NCBI GenBank assembly: GCA_038046605.1
Contig: JBBSVW010000053.1
Location: forward strand, 1 to 17,793
DNA from: Candidatus Micrarchaeota archaeon
GTDB taxonomy: Archaea; Micrarchaeota; Micrarchaeia; Norongarragalinales; SBBD01
Length of the DNA stretch: 17,793 bases
Reading direction: 5' to 3'
The position numbers were made by a program, and so were the translations under genes. A model generated the notes under the pieces. It saw nothing but the letters and a program-made list of their open reading frames with translations, was not told where the DNA came from and did not search any database. This document shows, one piece after another, positions 6,128-14,263 of this stretch. How positions within the stretch are numbered: the stretch's first letter is position 1; each line of letters begins with the position of its first letter.

Positions 6128-8245
6128 ATGAGTCTGCTTTCATATATCTATTATGCCTTCTTCGTAGTCGGTTCAGTCACACTTGGCTATTTGCTCCTCC
6201 GGCTGGCATTCCCCGAAGTTCGCACCATGGATAAGAATGCAAAACTTGGCGCTGCAGGGATAAGCGGGGCGCTCCTTGCAGTTGCCGCATTTGCAATAGA
6301 TTATGCGTATGATGGCAGCCTTGAGGTGCTTTCCGGAAATGGCATTTATGCAATGATCCTATTCGTGCTCTTTTTGCTCTCGTTTGTTGCCCTCAAGCTC
6401 TATTTCATGTTCTCAAGGCCCGACTTCCTAACTGTTGGGGTACCTTCGGCGGCCCAGCCGGTCATCACCCTTAAAATCGAGCGCATCGAGCGGAAAATCG
6501 AGCCGGAGGTCAAGGAAACAATCATTCAAAAGCCCCAATCGGATATGCGCGAATCGGGCGGATCTGGCAACCTTGAAATCATGCAGATAATGGGCAAAGA
6601 TGAGCCGATTGTGGTTGCGCAGGAGCATGTGGAGCTTCATAGGAAGCAGGGCGTTTTTTCCAGCCTGCTTTCCATGTTTGGAGGCAAAAAGGATCCCTCA
6701 AAAGTTTTGCTTGATGAGAATTCGTTGGCAAGGATTGTCCCTATAGGGGCAAGCGCAGGAAGGGAAAATGAGCAAAAATCTGGCGGTAGCGGCAAAATCG
6801 CAGGGGGTTTGCCAACAAATTCCCAAACAATATCCGCCCCCCCCTATGTTGCGCGGGGGAATATGGCGGATTATGAGCAGCCCTCTAAGCCTAAAATAAT
6901 GGATAAGCAAGCCCAAATAGAATTGCCTCCTGGAATGGTTGAGGATAGGATAAAAGGAAAATCGGAAATTCAAGGAGCCGATCCATCTGCAAATGTGCCT
7001 CAAGGAGCCATAGAGCCAAAAAGTGATTCAAGTCCAAAAGATGTTTCGAAGGATCAGCAATTCATAGCATCCATCCCCGAATCGAGCTTTTCAAAAGAAC
7101 CAAGGAAGGGCTATATGTCGATGGTTTCGGATATTGTTGGCGATGAAGCAGGCAATGCCGAAAAGAGGAGGGGCGAAGGGGTTGAATTAGGCAAGCCTTC
7201 CGAAAAGCCGCCCCTGGAGGGCAAAAAGCCCCTTGATGCCTCCGGCCATGAGCGATTGTATGTTGCCGCAAAGGCCGGGCAGGATGAAAAAGCGGGCGCG
7301 CCATCTGGTTTTATCAAGGAAAAATTCCAAACGGATCCCAAACTAAAAAGCGAGCAGCTATTGAAGGCGCAGGACGCCCAGGCTGAGGCTGTGCTATCTG
7401 ATATTTTGCCAAGGGAGGTAATGGTGCAGGAGGTTTCCCAACCAATTGCAGAAGGGCGCAGGCGGCTATACGAGGTTGCGCGGTCGCAAAGCCAAAAGCA
7501 GATGGCTCGGGACATTTCAAGGCTGCCGCCAGGGGCGATGGTGCACCGAAGGTATATGATGAAGGGGGATGATTCGGCGCAGGGGGTAAGTGTTGTTGCA
7601 AACGCATCCGTAATGCAAAATGAGAATTTTGATGCCATGGTTGGGGATGTTTACTCCCAGCTGAAAAACACCAAAACAAATGGGATTGCCAAGGATTTGA
7701 AGGTTGCCCCCCCGAAAGGCAGCTCTTCCAAGGAAGCGCCAAAATTCGACCTCACTTTTGAGGATTTGATTGGTGAAAAACCAAAAGAAGGAGGAGGGGA
7801 ATTGGGCGGCCAATCCGATGCTTTAGGGGGCGGCTCATCCAGCATAATGAGCCAATTGGCGGGGCTAACTAGTCAATCAAGCTCAAAACCTGCTGATTTG
7901 GCTCAAACTGGCTCCAAACCAAATAACTTATTTTCAAAAGAAGATGTTAAATCGAAGTCCGCAGAGCCCCAATCAACTCCGACCCAAAAATCATCCATTG
8001 ATTTTGTCAAAATACAAGGAGAAAAAGGCATGGGCTGCCCCACCTGCCATTCCAAGAACACGAAAATCATCTTCTGCCCGTATTGCGGCTCAGGCATGTG
8101 CGCGAATTGCTCTCCTAGCATCAAAATCAAGGACGGCGGTTTCATTTACACATGCCCCAAGTGCAAGGAGGATGTGGATATTAGGAAGAAAACGCCGGAT
8201 GCGGCAGCCGGAAAGGGATTGATGGGGATGGGGAGTCCGAATTAA
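6128..8245 (+). CDS. Hypothetical membrane-anchored protein: 3 N-terminal TM helices, long low-complexity middle, C-terminal Cys8 zinc finger
   Basis: 705-aa ORF with hydrophobic segments in aa 1-95, a P/S/G/K/E-rich middle and four CxxC pairs near the C-terminus. Confidence 0.85.
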   Translation: MSLLSYIYYAFFVVGSVTLGYLLLRLAFPEVRTMDKNAKLGAAGISGALLAVAAFAIDYAYDGSLEVLSGNGIYAMILFVLFLLSFVALKLYFMFSRPDFLTVGVPSAAQPVITLKIERIERKIEPEVKETIIQKPQSDMRESGGSGNLEIMQIMGKDEPIVVAQEHVELHRKQGVFSSLLSMFGGKKDPSKVLLDENSLARIVPIGASAGRENEQKSGGSGKIAGGLPTNSQTISAPPYVARGNMADYEQPSKPKIMDKQAQIELPPGMVEDRIKGKSEIQGADPSANVPQGAIEPKSDSSPKDVSKDQQFIASIPESSFSKEPRKGYMSMVSDIVGDEAGNAEKRRGEGVELGKPSEKPPLEGKKPLDASGHERLYVAAKAGQDEKAGAPSGFIKEKFQTDPKLKSEQLLKAQDAQAEAVLSDILPREVMVQEVSQPIAEGRRRLYEVARSQSQKQMARDISRLPPGAMVHRRYMMKGDDSAQGVSVVANASVMQNENFDAMVGDVYSQLKNTKTNGIAKDLKVAPPKGSSSKEAPKFDLTFEDLIGEKPKEGGGELGGQSDALGGGSSSIMSQLAGLTSQSSSKPADLAQTGSKPNNLFSKEDVKSKSAEPQSTPTQKSSIDFVKIQGEKGMGCPTCHSKNTKIIFCPYCGSGMCANCSPSIKIKDGGFIYTCPKCKEDVDIRKKTPDAAAGKGLMGMGSPN

Positions 8246-8289
8246 GCCGACTTGTGTGATTCCGTTAAATTTGATTAAATTGGGATATT

Positions 8290-8772
8290 ATGGGAGTTCG
8301 CAGGAAAATCGCCCTTGGGATGGTTGCGGCGGCAATAGGCATATCCACAATCATTGTAATGAAGGCCCCATCAAAAATCTCCGAAACAGAATTCCAAGAA
8401 AGATTTGGCAAGGTGGCCGCCTCAGTTAGGGCAAAATGGCCGGATATTGAAGTTGAGGGCATGGTAAAGGGCGGCAAGGCACATTTCAACTATATGCTTC
8501 CAGATATCCGCGGCATAAAGCCTAATATTTCAATGCAAAGGTTGCGCCTTTTAGTTCCACAATTGAAAGCTGAAAATTCTCCTAAATTGGATAGCATCAA
8601 TGGAGAAATTGCTAGGGCAGCCGATCCCTGGCAGTTTGAAAAAGCCACAATGGGGATTTATGAGGTTGAAGGAGCAAACGGAGAGAAAGGGTTGGCTGCC
8701 GCATCTGAATTGGATTTCAAAGGCACGCCTCGTTTTAGGAAATTATGGGATAAGGTTAGGGGAAGAGATTGA
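8290..8772 (+). CDS. Hypothetical protein with N-terminal signal/TM anchor
   Basis: 160-aa ORF starting MGVRRK plus a hydrophobic stretch; co-oriented and fills the gap between neighbours. Confidence 0.65.
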   Translation: MGVRRKIALGMVAAAIGISTIIVMKAPSKISETEFQERFGKVAASVRAKWPDIEVEGMVKGGKAHFNYMLPDIRGIKPNISMQRLRLLVPQLKAENSPKLDSINGEIARAADPWQFEKATMGIYEVEGANGEKGLAAASELDFKGTPRFRKLWDKVRGRD

Positions 8773-8812
8773 GTACTACAATCGCCATATTCAAAATCCC
8801 TTAATTCTTCTC

Positions 8813-8860
8813 GTGCAAACATTTATAATAAGGTTTTACACATATATCCACTGGGTGAGG
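8813..8860 (+). promoter_or_regulatory. Promoter and SD of the antitoxin-toxin operon
   Basis: TTTATAAT at 8822-8829 inside an imperfect inverted repeat; GGTGAGG at 8854-8860 before ATG 8864. Confidence 0.6.
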
Positions 8861-8863
8861 CTT

Positions 8864-9091
8864 ATGACGAATGTGACTATTGCGGTTCCGAATGATTTGA
8901 AGAGCAGGCTGGATGGATATCCCGAAATTAACTGGTCGGAAGAGGCTAGGAAGGCTTGGAGGGAAAAGCTGCGGCTATTGGCGATCCTTGATTTACTCAC
9001 AGCCAAGAGCACTGCGACGGATAAGGATATTGAAGAGCTTTCCAAGAAAATCAAGAAGGGCATCGCTGATTCATATGAAAAAAAGGCGTAA
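8864..9091 (+). CDS. Ribbon-helix-helix (VapB-type) antitoxin, 75 aa
   Basis: MTNVTIAVPNDLKSRLDGYPEINWSEEARKAWREKL has an RHH pattern typical of archaeal antitoxins; strong SD; directly upstream of a PIN gene. Confidence 0.82.
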   Translation: MTNVTIAVPNDLKSRLDGYPEINWSEEARKAWREKLRLLAILDLLTAKSTATDKDIEELSKKIKKGIADSYEKKA

Positions 9092-9093
9092 GC

Positions 9094-9516
9094 ATGGAAT
9101 TGATTGTCGATGCGAACATAGTCGTAGCAGCCATTTTGAAGGATGGCCTTACGCGCAACTTGCTTTTCAATAGTAATTTGTATCTCTATGGCCCAGAAAA
9201 CCTATCTTTGGAAATAATGGAACATGAAACTGAATTCATAAGCAAATTGGGAGTCGGAAAGGCAGAGTTTGATAATCTCACTTCGGCGCTTTTGAATAAC
9301 CTGGAAATACTGCCACTTGCATATTTTGAAAAAAAGAAGAAAGAAGCACTGGAGTTTGTTCCCGATAGGAATGACTGGCCCTATTTTGCAGTTGCGCTGT
9401 TAAAAGGGTGCGCTGTTTGGAGCAACGATAAGCGGCTCAAGGAACAAAAGAAAATCAAGGTCATTTCTACCGAGGAGCTGTATAGTCAATTAAGCAAGAG
9501 GGAGTGGTTGCAATGA
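9094..9516 (+). CDS. PIN domain (VapC-type) ribonuclease toxin
   Basis: LIVDANIVVAA, conserved E, D.NDWPYFAVAL and VWSNDKRL acidic PIN motifs. Confidence 0.9.
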   Translation: MELIVDANIVVAAILKDGLTRNLLFNSNLYLYGPENLSLEIMEHETEFISKLGVGKAEFDNLTSALLNNLEILPLAYFEKKKKEALEFVPDRNDWPYFAVALLKGCAVWSNDKRLKEQKKIKVISTEELYSQLSKREWLQ

Positions 9517-9764
9517 GAGCAGTGTTCGATATTGAGTTCAAGGACCAAAAGGAAGCTGAAAATTCTCTTAGGATCATTTTGCCCCAAAAGTCCAAAAATG
9601 CAGTGCTTCACGTATTGCATAAGAAAGGTTCGTCAAACGTCCAATATATAATAGAGGCTCCCAGCTTTTCCCCCCTTCGGGCAAGGTCCACTTCCCTCCT
9701 TAGGGATATCAAGATTATGCTTACTGTATTTGAGAGAGCAAGATTTGGCAAACCAAAATCATAG
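9513..9764 (+). CDS. pcc1: KEOPS complex subunit Pcc1 (putative), 83 aa
   Basis: Size, N-terminal IEF.D.KEA, and C-terminal IEA....LRA..TSLLR.I pattern of the Pcc1 family; ATGA overlap with the PIN stop. Confidence 0.7.
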   Translation: MRAVFDIEFKDQKEAENSLRIILPQKSKNAVLHVLHKKGSSNVQYIIEAPSFSPLRARSTSLLRDIKIMLTVFERARFGKPKS

Positions 9765-10029
9765 ATTTCCGGTTATCCGACTTTATTTTGCATCACGTGT
9801 TGCACAAAGTTAAAATAAGCTCTAAAACCGCATCATTTTAAATTACGATCCCCTAACCAAACATGTGGTGTTTTTGGGCCTTCCCAACCACTAGATTCGT
9901 TACCTGTCTAAATTTGTGGCAAAAAGTGATTTTAGCTCGTAAAAACGCCTCAAAAAAAGACCAAAAAAGGGCTAAAATACGTCTTTTCGTAAAGGCGGCA
10001 TCGTCAAATGCCTTGCAAGGAATGATAGC

Positions 10030-10037
10030 TTTAAATA
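10030..10037 (+). promoter_or_regulatory. TATA box of the S-layer gene
   Basis: Consensus TTTAAATA; implies a TSS near 10060 if standard archaeal spacing holds. Confidence 0.65.
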
Positions 10038-10060
10038 CCCTCTAAAGATGAACAATAGGA

Positions 10061-10315
10061 GTTTAGCAGAATAGCATATTGCCACCTGCATCTTTCTTTT
10101 TTTAAAAGATGCAAATCCGGCTTGAGGGCCTTTGAGCGCGATTATTATTATCTTCGCGACATGGTCTTGATGCGTAAATGAGAAGGCAAGAAGCCCTATT
10201 GGGGGCATAGGTTTTCTGCTAACGGCGCGGCTGCTTCCTGCAGTTGCGTTAAATTCGGCAAGTTAGGAGGATGCGCTTGTTTTGTTAAAGCATCCGTAAA
10301 AAATAGGTGAAATAA
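10061..10315 (+). promoter_or_regulatory. Long structured 5' UTR of the S-layer mRNA (putative), with SD AGGTGA at 10305-10310
   Basis: Several nested and serial stems between the inferred TSS and ATG 10316. Confidence 0.6.
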
Positions 10316-12790
10316 ATGAAAAGTATGAATGTGAAGAGAATTGCGGCTATTGCAAGCGGAGCGGCCATGCTTGGCGCAGCGTTTGTGGGAGCGGCAGTAA
10401 ACGTCGACACTACCGGCGTCCAGTCTTTCCCGTTCTTTTCCGCTGGGGAACCGAACGTGAAGGTCGTAATTGGAAGCAGGGCGCAGCCTGTTGATGTCGT
10501 GGTTGGAGCAAATATCGCGGCAGTCCTAGGCAACCTTGCGTACAAGACAACGGCAGTTGAAGTATTGAACACCGACAAGCTCGGAACTTCCGCAACCGGA
10601 GGCGCTCTGGAAGATAAGGAAGTGGGCTTGACCATCACAACTCCCGGCGTAAACCCGGCATCCGCATACGAGATGAAGGCGTATGTTCAAGATGACTTGG
10701 ACTCTGGCTCTGAAATCGTAAGGTTCACCACATCCGGTTCAAGGTTCCCAGCAGGTGTTGCGAACTTCAGTGCGAACAGCGGCCCAAAGCAGATAACTAA
10801 GGACGTGACTTCCATTTTGGCTCCAGTAGCTGGAATGCCATCCGATGGAAAGATTACCTATCCAAAGGGCAGCACCAACACAAAAGAAGAGCAAAAGGTA
10901 TATGCATTCGCATTCGTAACTTATGATACGACTGCAAAGGCTGTACAGGCTCAGTACGTGAAGACCGGCTACGAAGTCGTTTTCACTGACCCAATCCCAA
11001 CCTGCTTGGATACATCCAAGAACTGGGGTAACTGCACAACCGACTCTGACAAGCTAAGCAAGGCAAACGTCGAGATTTCGTTCCTTGGAGACAAGTGGAC
11101 AATCTTTGACTATACGGTAGGCTCAAACCAGAATTCGCTTGCCTTGGGAGTAATCTCTTCCGTAACACTCGGAAAGCAGATTACCCGAAAGGAGTCTTTC
11201 AACATCGACGAACAGGTCACAACCCTGGATGGCTATACAATCACCCTGAAGGATTTGTCAGCATTCTCCCCACAAAGGGCGCAGCTTGACATCTCCGATA
11301 AGGATGGAAACCTCGTAAAGAGGCTCTATCTAGGTGAGGGAGACTCTTCAACTGTTACCGAAGCCAACAACATCGTTGTCAAGGTTAACAAGGTCTTCCC
11401 AGGCGCATTCGCAAAGCAAGGAATCGCAGACGTTTCGCTGTACTCCAGCCAACTTGTCCTGACCAATGCCGCAGAAATTACCGGCGGAGACTCGCACAAG
11501 AACTGGAAGGCACAGATTGTAAATGCAACTATCGGATCCAACGAAGGAATCTCGAAGCTGCAGCTCTACAACGACAATGACCAGACTTACAAAACACCGG
11601 TTTCTCAGACCTTGCTACCTGGAGAGTCCATCAACATAATTCGAGGAATGCCAGGCTACAAACTGAATTACCTTGGAGTTGAGGCTGTCGATCTTGACAC
11701 CTTGCAGTTCTCAATCCAAAAAACACAGACTTTCACCAACAGCTCGTCTGGAACTGTCTCAGGAAACTTCCTGTACATCCTCTCCGGCAAGAGCAATGCC
11801 TTCCAATACAATGGCAGGTCAGTTTCTGATGTCTATGTTGCATTGGAATCGATTCAGGCATGGAATGCAAACAACACAGTCTGGTACCTAGACAGCAATG
11901 GCTACATAACCAACACCGGCACAACTGCGGGGCAGGTCTTGTATAACTACAAGTCCGATGAGTCTGCGATAATTTTTGTGAACACATCGCAAAACATCAG
12001 CACCTCGTTCCCAGGATGGTCGAGCATCATTGCTATCCCCGAAATTACCGAGGAAAACAATGGCACCCAAGCAACCGTATCTCGCGACTACCACCTAAAC
12101 CTCATCTACGACTCTGCGCTTGACCAGTTCGTGAACTCGGCAGGTTCAACGACCGTAGACAAGATTGGCTATGGGATAGGCACATCGCTTTCAAGCGGCT
12201 TTATTGGCTGGAACGTTGCATCCCAAGAGAAAGGCTACACGACCTACAGAGGAAACGTCTTCAACAGCATTTCCTCAACGTCTGCAAGCATCTCTTATGC
12301 AACAAAGATCGCCAAGGCAAGATTTACCCTAACGGGCGGATCAGCCGGCAGTTCTGCAGGCAATGACGCAACAGTTACCTTGAAGGAAGGCGACCCCTAC
12401 ACAGTAGGAGGCGGCTACTCCCTTTTGGTTGACTCCATCACGGCATCGATATCAGGCGGAGATTCTGGTGACATCACCGGCATCGATCTGCTCGAGCCTT
12501 CCGTGAAGGATGCGGCAGTTGTCACAGCCCTCAACACCGACACGAACCCGCTTGTGGTATTGGACTCTGAAGCATCCGACACCGCAAACCTGGTCGTCAT
12601 TGGTGGCCAAATCGTTAACACCGTTGCGAAGGCAGCAGGAGTTGACCTCAAGAGCGGCGATCAGCCAATCGTACAGGTATTTGGCTCGACCAAATTGGTA
12701 GTTGCAGGATACTCTGCAGCCGACACCAAGGAGGCCGGGAATGCCTTGATTGGATGGCTAAACGACAACAGGGACAGCGTGAGGGGTTAA
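10316..12790 (+). CDS. S-layer protein (Methanococcales/Thermococcales-type S_layer_N and S_layer_C architecture)
   Basis: Signal peptide MKSMNVKRIAAIASGAAMLGAA; VVIGSRAQPVDVVVGANIA; C-terminal NLVVIGGQIVN and LVVAGYSAADT; T/S/N/G-rich with many N-x-S/T sequons; C-ending codon bias. Confidence 0.9.
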   Translation: MKSMNVKRIAAIASGAAMLGAAFVGAAVNVDTTGVQSFPFFSAGEPNVKVVIGSRAQPVDVVVGANIAAVLGNLAYKTTAVEVLNTDKLGTSATGGALEDKEVGLTITTPGVNPASAYEMKAYVQDDLDSGSEIVRFTTSGSRFPAGVANFSANSGPKQITKDVTSILAPVAGMPSDGKITYPKGSTNTKEEQKVYAFAFVTYDTTAKAVQAQYVKTGYEVVFTDPIPTCLDTSKNWGNCTTDSDKLSKANVEISFLGDKWTIFDYTVGSNQNSLALGVISSVTLGKQITRKESFNIDEQVTTLDGYTITLKDLSAFSPQRAQLDISDKDGNLVKRLYLGEGDSSTVTEANNIVVKVNKVFPGAFAKQGIADVSLYSSQLVLTNAAEITGGDSHKNWKAQIVNATIGSNEGISKLQLYNDNDQTYKTPVSQTLLPGESINIIRGMPGYKLNYLGVEAVDLDTLQFSIQKTQTFTNSSSGTVSGNFLYILSGKSNAFQYNGRSVSDVYVALESIQAWNANNTVWYLDSNGYITNTGTTAGQVLYNYKSDESAIIFVNTSQNISTSFPGWSSIIAIPEITEENNGTQATVSRDYHLNLIYDSALDQFVNSAGSTTVDKIGYGIGTSLSSGFIGWNVASQEKGYTTYRGNVFNSISSTSASISYATKIAKARFTLTGGSAGSSAGNDATVTLKEGDPYTVGGGYSLLVDSITASISGGDSGDITGIDLLEPSVKDAAVVTALNTDTNPLVVLDSEASDTANLVVIGGQIVNTVAKAAGVDLKSGDQPIVQVFGSTKLVVAGYSAADTKEAGNALIGWLNDNRDSVRG

Positions 12791-12850
12791 TCCCTCCCTT
12801 TTTTTCTTTTCTTTTTTATTTTTCTTTTTCGTTTTGATTTTACCTTTTCT
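12781..12850 (+). terminator. Terminator of the S-layer gene
   Basis: Small hairpin GAGGGG-TTAA-TCCCTC spanning the stop, followed by about 50 nt of T-rich sequence. Confidence 0.7.
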
Positions 12851-13016
12851 GATTCTATTGGTTTCATTCCCATATTTCCAATTCAATATGCCAATTCCCA
12901 ACCAAATGCAGGAAAACCAGATTTTGGATTTTACGGTATTGCGCCCAAAAAGCACCTTGCTACCCGGTTTCATTATAATTGCAAATTTTGCCTCCCCTAA
13001 CAAAAAATTCGTTACC

Positions 13017-13061
13017 TTTAAATTCACTACCGCCTAAGGTATTACATAACTATTTGGGGTG
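13017..13061 (+). promoter_or_regulatory. Putative TATA (TTTAAAT, 13017-13023) and SD (GGGGTG, 13056-13061) for the lipoprotein gene
   Basis: Motif sequence and spacing to ATG 13069. Confidence 0.45.
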
Positions 13062-13068
13062 CGTTTGA

Positions 13069-14118
13069 ATGAAACATGGCTTTATCCTATTTGGCTTATT
13101 CGCAGTTCTGCTGCTTTTTGGATGCACGCAGCCCGGGGGCCCAAGCGCATCGGTTCCAGCAGGGACGCCAACCCCTTCAACAGTTGTCCAAGCAACATCT
13201 ACGCCTACACCCGTGCCAACCCAAGGCGGGGAGTGCGTAAAGCCCGATCTGAAGTTTTCCGATGCGAAAGTGCCGGACATGATTATTTATGGCGCAAAAT
13301 ACGCTTTCGAGGCAAACCTTCTCTTCGACAAGGGTTCTTGCCAGGGCGCTCCCACTTCGGCAACTATTGGGCTATATGATGGCAAAAGGAAGCTTGCCGA
13401 AATGCAAGTTCCCGCTTTGCTTGCCTCAAACCCAATAAAACTCGATTATGCGCCGGCTGAAACGCGCGATTTCAACCTCAAATTCACCGTTTCAAGCTCA
13501 GCCGAAGAGGAGGCTGATATGGCAAATAATGAGTATCCGTTCACCATAACCGCCAAGCAATACGGCTACTATTCGGATGTTACCGGAACCGATTATTTCG
13601 AGGTAACATCCGGCGCCATCCGTGCGCAGGCATTCGAGATAACCGATCCGCTGCCGGTAAAGGCAATCGAACTCTACGTCAAGAAGCTCAATTCGGACTA
13701 TCAGAGCTTTGATGTGTATGTCGACATAAGGCCAGATGCGGTAGGCAAGCCATCCGGAGTAAACTCAATAACCCTTTCATCTGGATACTCCACCATGCCA
13801 AGGGAATTCGAATGGGTAAAATTCTCAACACCCCAGAAAACAACCATGGTTCCCGGCAAATACTGGCTGATTGTCAGGACCCTTAGCATGAATCCGCCCC
13901 TTGCTGTCCATATGATTAAAGGCGGTGTATTTGGAAAAGTCGAAAATTCCATGAAAAGCGATAACCTTGGCCCCTTCCAGGAAAATTGGGTAAAGCACAC
14001 GGAAGGCATCTTAAACTTCCGGCTCTCCAACGACGAGCCCGTGCCGCAGGCGGATTATTCGGATTCGTCCCCAAAACCAAAGCCCTCGACGGATTTCGAT
14101 CCCTATTCGGCTGTTTAG
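13069..14118 (+). CDS. Putative surface lipoprotein with P/T-rich linker and beta-rich (CARDB/Ig-like) domains
   Basis: Lipobox-like signal ...VLLLFGC, P/T-rich linker, EADMANN Ig-type ending, second beta-rich domain (AQAF...GKPSG...WVKF...GKYWLIV). Confidence 0.75.
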   Translation: MKHGFILFGLFAVLLLFGCTQPGGPSASVPAGTPTPSTVVQATSTPTPVPTQGGECVKPDLKFSDAKVPDMIIYGAKYAFEANLLFDKGSCQGAPTSATIGLYDGKRKLAEMQVPALLASNPIKLDYAPAETRDFNLKFTVSSSAEEEADMANNEYPFTITAKQYGYYSDVTGTDYFEVTSGAIRAQAFEITDPLPVKAIELYVKKLNSDYQSFDVYVDIRPDAVGKPSGVNSITLSSGYSTMPREFEWVKFSTPQKTTMVPGKYWLIVRTLSMNPPLAVHMIKGGVFGKVENSMKSDNLGPFQENWVKHTEGILNFRLSNDEPVPQADYSDSSPKPKPSTDFDPYSAV

Positions 14119-14120
14119 GG

Positions 14121-14142
14121 TTTTGCTTTTTTCTTATTTTTT
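14121..14142 (+). terminator. Oligo-T terminator after the lipoprotein gene
   Basis: TTTTGCTTTTTTCTTATTTTTT immediately after TAG-GG. Confidence 0.55.
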
Positions 14143-14263
14143 CTAGGCTAGTGCAAACTATGCGCATACCAAATGAGGATGGCAAATTTGCTTAATTAAA
14201 CAAATTGGCAGTTTATTTTAGAACTAGTTTATTTTACCGCTTTGAGGGTATTTAATGCATCCT

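Noticed and set aside
9863-10208. Short ORFs 9863..10045 (+) and 9972..10208 (-) upstream of the S-layer gene
   Set aside because: No SD or recognisable protein features; they overlap the S-layer promoter and structured leader
12773-12798. End of the S-layer gene (GACAGCGTGAGGGGTTAATCCCTCCC) resembles the hairpin of repeat copy 2
   Set aside because: It lacks the ATTCnCA/AAATA/GGCGA motif and the closing GTGTC, and is adequately explained as coding sequence plus terminator hairpin
12758-13037. ORFs 12834..13037 (+) and 12758..13027 (-)
   Set aside because: Their hydrophobic or poly-Lys character comes from the T-rich terminator tract
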